IMG/VR virus record: IMGVR_UViG_3300032291_003809
Span: 1 to 53,298 of that record
From: a virus
Lineage: Duplodnaviria; Caudoviricetes
Length of the DNA: 53,298 bases
Strand: one strand, 5' to 3'
Position 1 is the stretch's first letter. Every line of letters begins with the position of its first letter. Positions 36,712 through 47,091 of this stretch are shown piece by piece. The position numbers and the translations under genes are program-made. A model generated the notes under the pieces. It was given only the letters and a program-made list of their open reading frames with translations. It did no database searches and was not told the origin of the DNA.

Positions 36712-37386
36712 ATGGCGGAACAAGTACAAGGTACGGCTCTATCACAAGAACAGCTACTGCAATTTCAAATCGTAAATAATGCAGCAGACCCTGTTCCCAA
36801 TATACCTTTTCTTACTCCCAATGTAAGTTTTAACGCTACTGTTCAATATCAATGGTTGTTACCTGCTAACTTAAATTCTAGCATAACGGTATCTCCTACA
36901 GTTACTACATTGTTAATACCAACTCTTCAGGTTGATGTTCCTGTTAATGTAGATACACCTACAGGTTTAACTTATAGTCAAGTACAAGAGAGTATCACTA
37001 CAAACAACTACGAGACTAATTTTATTTTCGCACAATCAAGCAATTGTAATCAGGTTGGTCAAGTTTTTACATATAACCAAGTTGATGTAGCAGGTAATGC
37101 AACAGTAAATGCCTTACCTTTTACAATTGACCCTTATCAAGCTCAATGTGCATCGTATTTCTATCCTCCTGAACATTCTGTAATATTTAGTGGAGAAAGC
37201 TCCCTTAACTTTACAATGTTGCCTGAAACTACTATGAATTTAAAAGTATTTTCAAGTACAGCTAGTGCAGCATTAATACAAGATGAAATTAGTGGTTTTA
37301 AAAACAATACCTATGTACAAGTTGAAAAAGACCTAGGAACTGATATATTCACAGATTATTGTAATTATTTAATAGACCACGAATAA
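36712..37386 (+). CDS. Capsid-protein paralog (minor capsid/vertex candidate)
   Basis: TY.Q...QV.Q...D.AGN...IDPYQAQ...L.F aligns with TY.N...QV.Q...DANGN...IDPYQQQ...LTF of 3816. Confidence 0.65.
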   Translation: MAEQVQGTALSQEQLLQFQIVNNAADPVPNIPFLTPNVSFNATVQYQWLLPANLNSSITVSPTVTTLLIPTLQVDVPVNVDTPTGLTYSQVQESITTNNYETNFIFAQSSNCNQVGQVFTYNQVDVAGNATVNALPFTIDPYQAQCASYFYPPEHSVIFSGESSLNFTMLPETTMNLKVFSSTASAALIQDEISGFKNNTYVQVEKDLGTDIFTDYCNYLIDHE

Positions 37387-37387
37387 C

Positions 37388-40300
37388 ATGCCACAGATAA
37401 CAATTAATGTTGACAGTATAAATTACACAGTAGGCTATGATGGAACTTTCTATAGCCCACAGGGTATGCTCGTTGCTTTAAATAATCTAGGTTTTGGTCT
37501 TTTTTACATAGCAACTGATGGTCTGATTAATTACTTAACCACTATTGATGATGATAATGTTTTTGGAGATATATCAACTTCTGCAGACCCAATATTACTC
37601 ACAACAAATTCAGACTGCTTAGGCACAGGATTTGATGGGGAGGGTTCTATTATTGCTAGTGCTTTTGTTGGAGGGGATGGTGTATACGAGTGGATAGCAA
37701 AAGGAACTAGTACAGGAGATGCAATAGCGAATGTTAACGGACTAGATAGGTTCTCAATCATAGGTCAATCAAGTTATCAATTTACTAATCTAAATAACGG
37801 AACTTATTATATAGCCATAAAAGATAATACAGGTAATGTAGGTGTATCTGTAGGTACTGATGTTAATTGTGCAAGTATTACTACTACTACTACTACTACT
37901 TTAGCACCTATTACATGGACTTCAACTCCTTCATGTGCGGGAAGTGGAATTTCGGGAACAGGTGTTATTACTTTAAGTGGATTCTCAGGAGGTAGCGGAA
38001 CTTATTTATATGCAGGTATTGGAAATACTCAAGAAGCTGCTGCAACTAATGTATTAAATCCTGCTACTAGAACTAATATAACAGGTCCTACGGTTCAATT
38101 TACAGGACTTGCAAATGGTATTTATTACACAGCAGTTGAAGATAGCGTTGGTGGTTTACATTTTTCTGCTCAAATAACTGTTTCTTGTAATGCAACTACT
38201 ACTACAACAACGACTACAACAACAATAGCTCCTACTAGTACTACAACGACCACAACAACAATAGCCCCTACTACTAGTACTACGACTACAAGTACAACTC
38301 AACCTATAACAACTAGTACTACAAGTACTACAACTTCGGTTATTGGTACTTATACATACTATGTTGCAACAAGATGTGATAACCCAATACTTGAACAATA
38401 TTTTAGAACAGTAAGTACATATAGTGTAGGGACTTCACTTAGATATAATGGATATTGTTGGGAAGTTCAAGCAGTACAAGGAGCATCAGGAGTAGATGCT
38501 GATAGTGCATACATTGATTGTACAGCTTGTAATGCCGCAAATCCTACTACAACAAGTACAACAACTACTACAACTACATTATTTGCACAAACTGTAACTT
38601 ATGCTATTAGTCAAGTTGATGCTTGTTTAAATCCTACGGGTAGTCAAAATGTAACAGGAAACTCTACTAGTTTCTGTACTTCTACTGTGTTTAATTCAGC
38701 GGGTTTTATAACATTGCCTAATGGAAATTATGTATTGGCTTACAACGGAGACACATTAAATGTAAATATTGCAGGAGCTCCAAGTACGACTGCAACAGTA
38801 TATAGTGGTGGATGTGGAGTATGTCCTTTAAGTACCACTACTACTACAACAAGTACAACTCAACCTACTTATACATATTATGTAGCACAAAGATGTGATA
38901 ACCCATTCTTAGAACAATATTTTAGAACAACAGGTTCATATAGTGTAGGTACTTCTCTTAGATATAATGGATATTGTTGGGAAGTTCAAGCAGTACAAGG
39001 AGCATCAGGAGTAGATGCTGAAAGTGCATATATTGATTGTACATCTTGTAATGGCTCAAATCCTACTACAAGCACTACAACATCTACCACATTAGCTCCT
39101 GTTACATTGTCTACTACACCTTCTTGTACAGGGGGTGGATTGAATGGAAATGGTAGAATTGTGGCAGATAACTTTGCAGGTGGTAGTGGAACATATCAAT
39201 ATGCGGGTATTGGCACATCTGAAGCTAACGCTATTTCTAATGCTTTAAATCCTGCTACTAGAGTAACCATTACAGGTTCTAGCGTAACATTTAATTCATT
39301 AACAAATGATAATTATTATGTAGTTATTGAAGATAGCTTAGGTAATTTTGGAATATCTGCTCAAACAGCAGTTTCTTGTAATGCTACAACAAGTACAACT
39401 ACAACTACTACAACATTAGCGGGTGTACAATTTGGAGTTTCTATAAATACAAAATATGCAACTGATTTCTTAGCATGTTCAGGTACAGTTACAGGAGTGA
39501 TATATCAAAAAGCTGAATTTGGAAATACTCCTACAGTTGGAGCTCAACTATATACATCTTCTACAACAGGTTCAGGAACTGAGTGGACACCTTCTGCAGG
39601 AATAGGTCTTTACTTAATGCAATTTGGTGGCAGCACTAAATGGTCTGTGTTAGTTGGTACTACGGGTGTTATCAATACAGTTACAAGTTGTGCAGGTGTA
39701 AGTACTACAACTACAACTACGACATTACCTGCTATTACGGTTACAGCAACACCTTCATGTGATGGGTCAGGATTAAGTGGTCAAGGTAGAGTTACTGCAA
39801 ACTTTAGTGGAGGTACAAGTTCTTATACTTTTGCAGCTATTGCAAGTTCAGAGGCTAATGCAATAGCGTGTGTGAATAATCCTTCTTGTCCTGAAAGAGT
39901 TACAGTTGCAGGTTCATCAAGTTATGCTTTCACTTCTTTACCGAATGGACCTTATTATGTAGCTGTTTTAGATAGTAATGGTAGTTTAGGCTATTCAGGT
40001 TTAGCAACTGTTTCTTGTAACGCAACTACAACTACAACTACAACAAGTTCTACAACTACTACTACTACATTAGCGGGTGTACAATTTGGAGTTTCTATTA
40101 CAACGAAATATGCAACTGACTACCTAGCTTGTGCATCAGGTACAGTTACAGGAACGGTATATCAAAAAGCTGAATTTGGAAATACTCCTACTGTTGGAGC
40201 TCAATTATATACATCTTCAACAACAGGTTCAGGAACTGAATGGACACCTTCTGCAGGAATAGGCCTTTACTTAATGCAATTTGGCGGCAGCACTAAATGG

Positions 40301-41482
40301 TCTGTGTTAGTTGGTAATACAGGTATTATTAATACAGTTACAAGTTGTGTAGGTGTAAGTACAACTACTACAACTACCACATTACCTGCTATTATTGTTA
40401 CAGCAACGCCTTCATGTGATGGGTCAGGATTTAATGGTCAAGGAAGAGTTACTGCAAACTTTAGTGGAGGTACAGGTTCTTATACATGGGCAGCCCTTGG
40501 AACTTCAGAAGCTAATGCAATAGCGTGTGTGAATAATCCTTCTTGTCCTCAAAGAGTTACAGTTGCAGGTTCATCAAGTTATGCTTGGACTTCTTTAGCG
40601 AATGGCCCTTATTATGTAGCTGTTTTAGATAATAATGGTAGTTTAGGATATTCAGGTTTAGCAACTGTTTCTTGTAATGCTACAACTACAACAACGACAA
40701 CGACAACAAGTTCTTCTACAACAAGTTCTACAACGACTACAACGACTCTTGCACCAACTAATGTTTGGTTTACAAATAATGCGGCTGTAAGTGCTTTTGC
40801 AGCTTGTTCTAATCCTAATGCACAATATGTGTGGACATACGGTAACGCATGGGGTGCAGGTATAGTATTTTATGCAGGTACGGCACTTGCTCCATTACAA
40901 CCAATACAGCCATTCTTAGGAGGAGGTTTCTTCTATGAAAATGGTGGCCAAGTATTAAATATAGATGACAATGGCGTAAGCTCAAACCTTCAAGCTTGTC
41001 CTAGCACGACTACAACAACTGCACCACCTGTTTACTCATATTATGTAGCACAAAGATGTGATAACCCATCATTTGAACAATACTTTAGAACAACAGGTAC
41101 ATATTTTGTAGGTCTTTCGGTTAGGTATCAAGGATATTGTTGGGAAATTCAAGCGTTACAAGGAGCATCAGGAGTAGATGCTGAAAGTACTTATAATAAT
41201 TGTGCATCTTGTTATGGAACATTCCCAACTACAACTACTACAAGTACAACTTCTACAACTACAACCGCTACACCTGCAGCTTGTACATCTTGGACTGTAG
41301 CTAATTTTAATGGATTTGGATTAGGAGATTATGTTGACTTTACAGCTTGTGATGGTAGTACTCAATCTCAATTTATTGCCGATAACACCCAATTTGATAT
41401 TTGTGTATTAGATTCAGCATTTCCTCCTCAAATGCAATTTGGATATGGTTCAGTAACTAGCAATGGGGTACCTTGTACTTAA
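37388..41482 (+). CDS. Modular Cys-rich adhesin/spike with poly-Thr mucin-like linkers
   Basis: Repeated Cys-bounded domains separated by TTTTT tracts; no signal peptide or TM. Confidence 0.8.
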   Translation: MPQITINVDSINYTVGYDGTFYSPQGMLVALNNLGFGLFYIATDGLINYLTTIDDDNVFGDISTSADPILLTTNSDCLGTGFDGEGSIIASAFVGGDGVYEWIAKGTSTGDAIANVNGLDRFSIIGQSSYQFTNLNNGTYYIAIKDNTGNVGVSVGTDVNCASITTTTTTTLAPITWTSTPSCAGSGISGTGVITLSGFSGGSGTYLYAGIGNTQEAAATNVLNPATRTNITGPTVQFTGLANGIYYTAVEDSVGGLHFSAQITVSCNATTTTTTTTTTIAPTSTTTTTTTIAPTTSTTTTSTTQPITTSTTSTTTSVIGTYTYYVATRCDNPILEQYFRTVSTYSVGTSLRYNGYCWEVQAVQGASGVDADSAYIDCTACNAANPTTTSTTTTTTTLFAQTVTYAISQVDACLNPTGSQNVTGNSTSFCTSTVFNSAGFITLPNGNYVLAYNGDTLNVNIAGAPSTTATVYSGGCGVCPLSTTTTTTSTTQPTYTYYVAQRCDNPFLEQYFRTTGSYSVGTSLRYNGYCWEVQAVQGASGVDAESAYIDCTSCNGSNPTTSTTTSTTLAPVTLSTTPSCTGGGLNGNGRIVADNFAGGSGTYQYAGIGTSEANAISNALNPATRVTITGSSVTFNSLTNDNYYVVIEDSLGNFGISAQTAVSCNATTSTTTTTTTLAGVQFGVSINTKYATDFLACSGTVTGVIYQKAEFGNTPTVGAQLYTSSTTGSGTEWTPSAGIGLYLMQFGGSTKWSVLVGTTGVINTVTSCAGVSTTTTTTTLPAITVTATPSCDGSGLSGQGRVTANFSGGTSSYTFAAIASSEANAIACVNNPSCPERVTVAGSSSYAFTSLPNGPYYVAVLDSNGSLGYSGLATVSCNATTTTTTTSSTTTTTTLAGVQFGVSITTKYATDYLACASGTVTGTVYQKAEFGNTPTVGAQLYTSSTTGSGTEWTPSAGIGLYLMQFGGSTKWSVLVGNTGIINTVTSCVGVSTTTTTTTLPAIIVTATPSCDGSGFNGQGRVTANFSGGTGSYTWAALGTSEANAIACVNNPSCPQRVTVAGSSSYAWTSLANGPYYVAVLDNNGSLGYSGLATVSCNATTTTTTTTTSSSTTSSTTTTTTLAPTNVWFTNNAAVSAFAACSNPNAQYVWTYGNAWGAGIVFYAGTALAPLQPIQPFLGGGFFYENGGQVLNIDDNGVSSNLQACPSTTTTTAPPVYSYYVAQRCDNPSFEQYFRTTGTYFVGLSVRYQGYCWEIQALQGASGVDAESTYNNCASCYGTFPTTTTTSTTSTTTTATPAACTSWTVANFNGFGLGDYVDFTACDGSTQSQFIADNTQFDICVLDSAFPPQMQFGYGSVTSNGVPCT
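39414..40680 (+). repeat. Near-identical ~655-bp tandem duplication of a two-domain unit inside the 1364-aa gene
   Basis: CATTAGCGGGTGTACAATTTGGAGTTTCTA at ~39414 and ~40068; units end GCAACTGTTTCTTGTAA. Confidence 0.9.
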
Positions 41483-41550
41483 AATTTAATAGTATATGTT
41501 CATAATTTAACATAAATGCCTTAATTTTATAATCTAAAAAAAACCATAAA

Positions 41551-42540
41551 ATGTACAAACATAAGACCCTAACACTAATGTGTGTTCAGCCTTGCATACA
41601 ATACTATGCTTGGCAAGTGGAAGTGATGTTAACCAATTTCAAAAACCTCAGAATACACGAAGAATTTAATGTTCAGACCCTTTGGGCGTTTAATAAGAAC
41701 GAATCCGATTGGGAAGAAAAAAGAGCCATTATCAAGAAAGTAGAAGATGCTTACTCAGATGTGGCTGAATTTCATTATTACGAGGACACTAGGGAATATC
41801 CTATCAGCTATATTAGCTCAATTAGACCCAATGTATTAAAACAGCACTTTGCAGCTTTTCCTGCACTTGGTGCTGAAACTATATTTTACCACGATTGCGA
41901 TGTGGTATTTTCTCGTTTCCCTTTATTCTTACACAATTATCAACAAGAAGATAATAATTGGTATGTATCAGATACAATATCATATATAGGGCATGATTAT
42001 ATCCTTTCTAAAGGAGAAGATGTTCTTAAAAAAATGTGTGATATTGTTGGTATTTACAAAGATGAAGTTAGACTAAGACAAGGGCAATCAGGTGGTGCTC
42101 AATATATTATGAAGAATGTAGACTTTAATTTCTTCCATAAAGTAGAAAAAGATGCAGAAAAGCTGTTTAAACAAATTACCGAACTAAATAATAAAAAGAA
42201 ACAAGCTGACCCAACACATCATGAATTACAGATTTGGTGTGCTGACATGTGGGCTGTTTTATGGAACGCATGGTTAAGAGGGTATAACACTAATGTTATT
42301 AAAGAAATGGATTTTTGTTGGGCTACTGATTTAGCTACAACATGGGATGAAAAGATAATATATCATAATGCAGGTGTAACAGGAAATGTTAGTGAAAGAT
42401 TATTTTATAAAGGAAAGTATATTAATCAATTACCTTATGAAGATGAAGGATTAGATTATGACCTTACAAAAGCTTCATATAAGTATTTTGAAATTATTAA
42501 ATCAATCGGTAAAAATTCATGTTTATATGGGACTATTTGA
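41551..42540 (+). CDS. GT-A glycosyltransferase resembling plant peptidyl-Ser/Hyp O-glycosyltransferases (GT95/GT96-like)
   Basis: YYAWQVEV, SIRP, YHDCD, WCADMWA pattern. Confidence 0.5.
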   Translation: MYKHKTLTLMCVQPCIQYYAWQVEVMLTNFKNLRIHEEFNVQTLWAFNKNESDWEEKRAIIKKVEDAYSDVAEFHYYEDTREYPISYISSIRPNVLKQHFAAFPALGAETIFYHDCDVVFSRFPLFLHNYQQEDNNWYVSDTISYIGHDYILSKGEDVLKKMCDIVGIYKDEVRLRQGQSGGAQYIMKNVDFNFFHKVEKDAEKLFKQITELNNKKKQADPTHHELQIWCADMWAVLWNAWLRGYNTNVIKEMDFCWATDLATTWDEKIIYHNAGVTGNVSERLFYKGKYINQLPYEDEGLDYDLTKASYKYFEIIKSIGKNSCLYGTI

Positions 42541-42757
42541 TAAAATAAATGAAATAGTTGTAGCATACTCAACTATGATGAATCCAACTGAAGAGCAAAA
42601 AGAAGTAGCCAAAAGAAGATTACAAATTTGCATGACATGTGAAGCATGGAGAAATGTTCCTATAGACCATTGCTCAAAGTGTGGATGTGCAACTAAAGCA
42701 AAAGTATTTACCCCAAAAGGACAGGAAGCTTGTCCTATGGGTAAATGGACAATTTAA
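42527..42757 (+). CDS. Small Cys-rich Zn-binding protein (DUF6171-like)
   Basis: RLQICMTC...CSKCGC...CPMGKW; start reassigned to ATG 42527. Confidence 0.75.
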   Translation: MGLFDKINEIVVAYSTMMNPTEEQKEVAKRRLQICMTCEAWRNVPIDHCSKCGCATKAKVFTPKGQEACPMGKWTI

Positions 42758-42766
42758 AATTATTTT

Positions 42767-43267
42767 ATGCCATACTCATATAACCTCTTTAAAGATGAGG
42801 TAAAACAAAATATTGTGAACACATTTCAACCCGATATTCAAATTTTAGATGTTGGGGCGGGATGTGGCACATATTCAAACCTATTAAAACATAATTTCCC
42901 AAACATGGATGGAATTGAAATTTTTGAACAATATGTTCACGATTTTGATTTGCGTTCAAAGTACAATAACTTATATATAGCAAACATATTAGACTTTAAT
43001 ATTGAGCCGTATGACTTATTTATTATGGGAGATATAATAGAGCATTTGGCTTTTTATGAAGCAAAAAACTTGATTGATAAAATTCACAGAGCAGATAAAT
43101 TTATGATGATAGCTGTACCTTATAATTATGAACAAGGTGCTGAATTTGGTAATGTATATGAGATACATAAACAGCCTGATTTAACAAAAGAATTGTTTTT
43201 AGAAAGATACCCTTGTATGAAATACTTAATCGGAGATGACCATTACGGTTATTTCATAAACTATTAA
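42767..43267 (+). CDS. Class I SAM-dependent methyltransferase
   Basis: ILDVGAGCG, GDIIEHL. Confidence 0.85.
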   Translation: MPYSYNLFKDEVKQNIVNTFQPDIQILDVGAGCGTYSNLLKHNFPNMDGIEIFEQYVHDFDLRSKYNNLYIANILDFNIEPYDLFIMGDIIEHLAFYEAKNLIDKIHRADKFMMIAVPYNYEQGAEFGNVYEIHKQPDLTKELFLERYPCMKYLIGDDHYGYFINY

Positions 43268-43269
43268 TT

Positions 43270-43977
43270 ATGAGACTTCCTACTGAATATGTAGAAACAA
43301 GAAAGAAGTATATACTTTTTAAAAATGATTGTGGAGTTACTGACATGACTCGTAGAGGGGGTGTTTATGAGCACTACATATTTGATTATATAAGAGAAAA
43401 GTTAAAAGTACAAGGCACTACAATCATTGATGTGGGTGCCAATTTTGGTTTTCATACTTTAGAATTTGCAGATTTAGTAGGGGATGAAGGAAAGGTGTAT
43501 TCTTTTGAGCCGCAAAGATTGGTGTATTATCAATTATGCGGTAATGTTATTTTAAATGGTAGGGGTAACATATATGCTAATAATGTTGCATTGAGTGATG
43601 AGAAGAATACTCTTAAAATGGAAAACTTGCAATATTATTCTGATGAACCAATTAATATTGGAAATGCACATTTAGATGCTTGTACCCATTTAGCTTACAA
43701 TATGGTAGATGTAAATACATTAGATTCTTTTGAATTAGATAATGTAAGCGTTTTAAAGATTGATGTGCAAGGATATGAGCCAAAAGTATTGGATGGGGCA
43801 AAAGAAACAATTTTAAAAAATAAACCTGTAATATTTATAGAAGTGGAAGCACCTCAATTAAGTATTTATGGATGGACAGAAAATGACATATTTAGCAGAT
43901 TACAAGCATTAGGTTATACTTACACAAAAGTATTAGATGCTGAACATTTAGTTGATTATGTTGCAATACCCAAATAA
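43270..43977 (+). CDS. FkbM-family methyltransferase
   Basis: IDVGANFG, SFEPQ, KIDVQGYE, KPVIFIE. Confidence 0.9.
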   Translation: MRLPTEYVETRKKYILFKNDCGVTDMTRRGGVYEHYIFDYIREKLKVQGTTIIDVGANFGFHTLEFADLVGDEGKVYSFEPQRLVYYQLCGNVILNGRGNIYANNVALSDEKNTLKMENLQYYSDEPINIGNAHLDACTHLAYNMVDVNTLDSFELDNVSVLKIDVQGYEPKVLDGAKETILKNKPVIFIEVEAPQLSIYGWTENDIFSRLQALGYTYTKVLDAEHLVDYVAIPK

Positions 43978-43979
43978 CC

Positions 43980-44630
43980 ATGATATTAGATTACTTTGAT
44001 GGAGCTTTCTATTTGAATTTAGATAATCGTATAGAAAGAAAAGAAGCTTTTGAAAAAAGAAGTGCTGAAATTGGAATACAAGCCGAAAGATTTTCTGCTA
44101 CTAAATTAAGTGAAGGAGATGTGCCTAATCCATTAAAAAATAAGGATTGGCATATTAAAATATCGTGCACCTATTCTCATTTTGAGATGATTAAAGAGGC
44201 TAAAAGAAGAGGATGGAAGAACTGCTTAATATTTGAGGATGATTGTGTTTTTGAGCCTAATTTCATTCAAAAAATGAAAGAATGTATTAAAGAATTAAAG
44301 AATATAGAATGGGATATTTTTTATATGGGTGGAGAGCCTAATTCAGAGTGTTATTCTATTACCAATAATCTTGCTAAATGCACTACAGGCCTATACGGTA
44401 CACATGCTTATGCAATTAATGAATGTTTTTACGATAAAATTTTAAGTATACCATTTACATCAGGTGTTATTGACACTTTATATTTGTTTTATGACAGAAA
44501 CAATAAAAAATATGTTATGTCAAAAGACTTATTGGTATTACAGGATGAGGATTTTGTAAGTGATTTGTGGCATGGTAAAATTAAAAGAACCGAACAATAT
44601 AAAGAAGCCTATAAAAAATGGATAATATGA
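43980..44630 (+). CDS. GT25-family glycosyltransferase
   Basis: YLNLDNRIER, SCTYSH, IFEDD, GTHAY. Confidence 0.85.
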   Translation: MILDYFDGAFYLNLDNRIERKEAFEKRSAEIGIQAERFSATKLSEGDVPNPLKNKDWHIKISCTYSHFEMIKEAKRRGWKNCLIFEDDCVFEPNFIQKMKECIKELKNIEWDIFYMGGEPNSECYSITNNLAKCTTGLYGTHAYAINECFYDKILSIPFTSGVIDTLYLFYDRNNKKYVMSKDLLVLQDEDFVSDLWHGKIKRTEQYKEAYKKWII

Positions 44631-45448
44631 AAAAATTAAGTTTTGTATGTACATCATACCGAAGATTTACATGTGTTGAAAGAATAGTAGCTCAATATCA
44701 TGCTCAAACATATCCTAACAAGGAATTAATCATTTTTAATACAGATGAAGAATATCCTTATACTTTGGGATTTGATGATAGCTCAATAATCATTGTAAAT
44801 AATGGCATTAACTATGAAACAGGTACTCCCTATGAAAATAGAGGACAGATATGTAGAGATGCAGTAACACACGCTACAGGGGATTATTTCATGTTGGCCG
44901 ATGATGATGACATATACTTACCATGGCACATGCAACAAGCTGTAGATGGTATTGAAGCTAATGGAAAAGATGCTTGGAAACCTGAAAAGAGCTTTTTTGC
45001 TACTCCTAATAGAATTGAAATGTGTATGAATACTCTTGAGGCCTCTGTGATTGTAAAGATGGAAAGAATAAGAGAAATAGGGTTTAGAAGTGATATTACA
45101 GGATATGAAGGATTAAGTTGGTATACTAAACTTAGGGATGAAAAACATTTGGATGAGCATAATAAGTATTATGTACCTTCTTATTGTTTTAATTGGTCTG
45201 ACCCACATGAAATTGCAGGTCATAAACAAAGTGGCTCTATTGGTAGTCCAAATAATTTTGAAAACCATAAAGAGGCATCAAAAGATTACGCTAAAAGACC
45301 TTTAGAGAAACTTTCTGAAGAAAAATTAAGGGAAACCTACAAACCATATTATCATTATTTAAGACAACATGTTGAAGATTTCCCCTTGGAGTTAGTAAGC
45401 AAGTATATCCCTACTCAGGTATTTCAGGTAGAGAATTTAGTGTATTAA
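44618..45448 (+). CDS. GT2-family glycosyltransferase
   Basis: QTYPNKELII, ATGDYFMLADDDD. Confidence 0.85.
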   Translation: MDNMKKLSFVCTSYRRFTCVERIVAQYHAQTYPNKELIIFNTDEEYPYTLGFDDSSIIIVNNGINYETGTPYENRGQICRDAVTHATGDYFMLADDDDIYLPWHMQQAVDGIEANGKDAWKPEKSFFATPNRIEMCMNTLEASVIVKMERIREIGFRSDITGYEGLSWYTKLRDEKHLDEHNKYYVPSYCFNWSDPHEIAGHKQSGSIGSPNNFENHKEASKDYAKRPLEKLSEEKLRETYKPYYHYLRQHVEDFPLELVSKYIPTQVFQVENLVY

Positions 45449-46442
45449 TTACAGAAGCTTGTTTTAAAGCTCCTACTTTCTTTCCGTCAATAATCTTAAT
45501 GTTATTGTCTTCATCTAAGCTTAGAATGGCACCACCCTCAAGTTGGCCATCCATCTCTACAGCTTTTTTACCATAAAAGTCTTTAGGTAACATTTTAGAT
45601 AATTGAATCAATGCAGTTTTTCTAACCATCCACATTTGGGGGTCTTTTTTGTCATTGAAGTATAAGTCATTATCATAGCGAGAGAGGGCTTTAATCTTTA
45701 AAATTTCGCCTTTTGACAATACTTGGAACTGATAATCCCCATTCTTTAATTTAGCCACCGCATAAACGAATTTAAGCGTGTTAGCAGACCTTTCTGCATC
45801 AAAGTTAGGTTTATGTATAATGTTCTGTTCAAGGCCGTAAATAGCCTCAAAATGGTCTCCTTCGTATACACACTCTGTATGTATCTTAGTAATCTCCCCT
45901 GACCTTAAAAGGATGCTTACAAGTCCTTTATAACCGATTAATGGGGTTACGGTCTGCTTACCATCAATTCTTCTAGGAATTAAATAAAACTCCCCTAACA
46001 TATCGCTAGGAATCAAACCAATCTCTGCTCCTGCCAAAATAGAGGCAAATAAGGAGCTAGGATTTTCTTTGAAAGCATCTAGCAGCTTTGGGTTCTTTTT
46101 AAGCTCAGAAACGACTATTTGTACGAATTGAGCAGGTTCTATGTTATGCTTAGATAACAAATTAGGTAAAACCTGTTTTTTGTAAGCTTCAAGACTATTG
46201 TTAAATAGTTGAATAGCTGTTAAAGGTTTAGCAGGAGGTGGTGGAGGTGCTACTTCTTTTTTTGGTTCAGGCATTACAGGAACTTCTTCATCTTTTCTTG
46301 CTCTGTTCTTTGCTCTGAGTTCCATTTCTTCTTTTGTAACAGGTGTTGTTGATTCTACAGATTCAGCCTGTGGCTGTGGTGCAACAGTTTCTTCAATGTT
46401 TTCGCTAGAAAAAATGTCTGTTTGCTCAAGTTTTGGTTTCAT
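45411..46442 (-). CDS. recT: RecT-family single-strand annealing recombinase
   Basis: AEIGL.P...LGEFYLIP...IGYKGL...VYEGD.F...M..KT. Confidence 0.9.
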   Translation of the reverse strand: MKPKLEQTDIFSSENIEETVAPQPQAESVESTTPVTKEEMELRAKNRARKDEEVPVMPEPKKEVAPPPPPAKPLTAIQLFNNSLEAYKKQVLPNLLSKHNIEPAQFVQIVVSELKKNPKLLDAFKENPSSLFASILAGAEIGLIPSDMLGEFYLIPRRIDGKQTVTPLIGYKGLVSILLRSGEITKIHTECVYEGDHFEAIYGLEQNIIHKPNFDAERSANTLKFVYAVAKLKNGDYQFQVLSKGEILKIKALSRYDNDLYFNDKKDPQMWMVRKTALIQLSKMLPKDFYGKKAVEMDGQLEGGAILSLDEDNNIKIIDGKKVGALKQASVINTLNSLPEIPE

Positions 46443-46444
46443 TT

Positions 46445-46732
46445 TTATGGTTTTGATTTTGATAAATTAGTTTTTTTAGGTCCAAAGTGATTCTTTAAAC
46501 CTTTTATAAATTGTTGATTGTTCGGTATTAATGGTTCTCCTGTAGTTGGATTACCATATATTTTGACATCATTTTGGTCTATTGTTCTAATATCCCCTGT
46601 ATCATATAATCTTATTATAAATTGAGGATTAGAGTGAATGGACCCTGCAATCATAAAGATTGCTACTCCATATCCCAATGGCGTTTCTACATCAAAAGGA
46701 TTAAGGATTTCGTGGATTGTTTGTACTATCAT
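46445..46732 (-). CDS. Hypothetical protein
   Basis: 95 aa, AACCATAAA before ATG. Confidence 0.7.
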   Translation of the reverse strand: MIVQTIHEILNPFDVETPLGYGVAIFMIAGSIHSNPQFIIRLYDTGDIRTIDQNDVKIYGNPTTGEPLIPNNQQFIKGLKNHFGPKKTNLSKSKP

Positions 46733-46739
46733 TTTATGG

Positions 46740-46859
46740 TTATTTTGTTCTATAAATTTTTGTGTATCTCTGTTTTACTTCGCACCAATATCTTACCCAT
46801 CCTTTATTAATAGGCAAATGTATTGTTTGTCCGCATAAGTAACATTTGTATTTAAACAT
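46740..46859 (-). CDS. 39-aa Cys-containing protein (MFKYKCYLCGQTIH...)
   Basis: Not in ORF track; tiles gap; CxxC motif. Confidence 0.55.
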   Translation of the reverse strand: MFKYKCYLCGQTIHLPINKGWVRYWCEVKQRYTKIYRTK

Positions 46860-47091
46860 AAGAGTCTACAATCATTTTTATTTGTTCTCTAGTTAACTTT
46901 TGAGTTATATCAATTTTCTCTCCGCTTTCTAATAACAGAGTAGCAGATTTGAATGTTCTACTAACTTCTTCACAATCATAGAAAGTATGAAACCCATGAC
47001 CTTCTTCTGTATTGTTTTCCTCTTCATACACTACATCAAACTCAAAATATACTTCTGCGTATTGACCCTCTTTTTTACTAATCTTTTTCAT
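46852..47091 (-). CDS. Hypothetical acidic protein
   Basis: 79 aa, tiles operon. Confidence 0.7.
   Translation of the reverse strand: MKKISKKEGQYAEVYFEFDVVYEEENNTEEGHGFHTFYDCEEVSRTFKSATLLLESGEKIDITQKLTREQIKMIVDSYV

Noticed and set aside
38340-41220. Diversity-generating retroelement template/variable repeat pair among the near-identical repeats
   Set aside because: All copies are in-frame coding domains, differences are not visibly adenine-restricted, and no reverse transcriptase is present in the window
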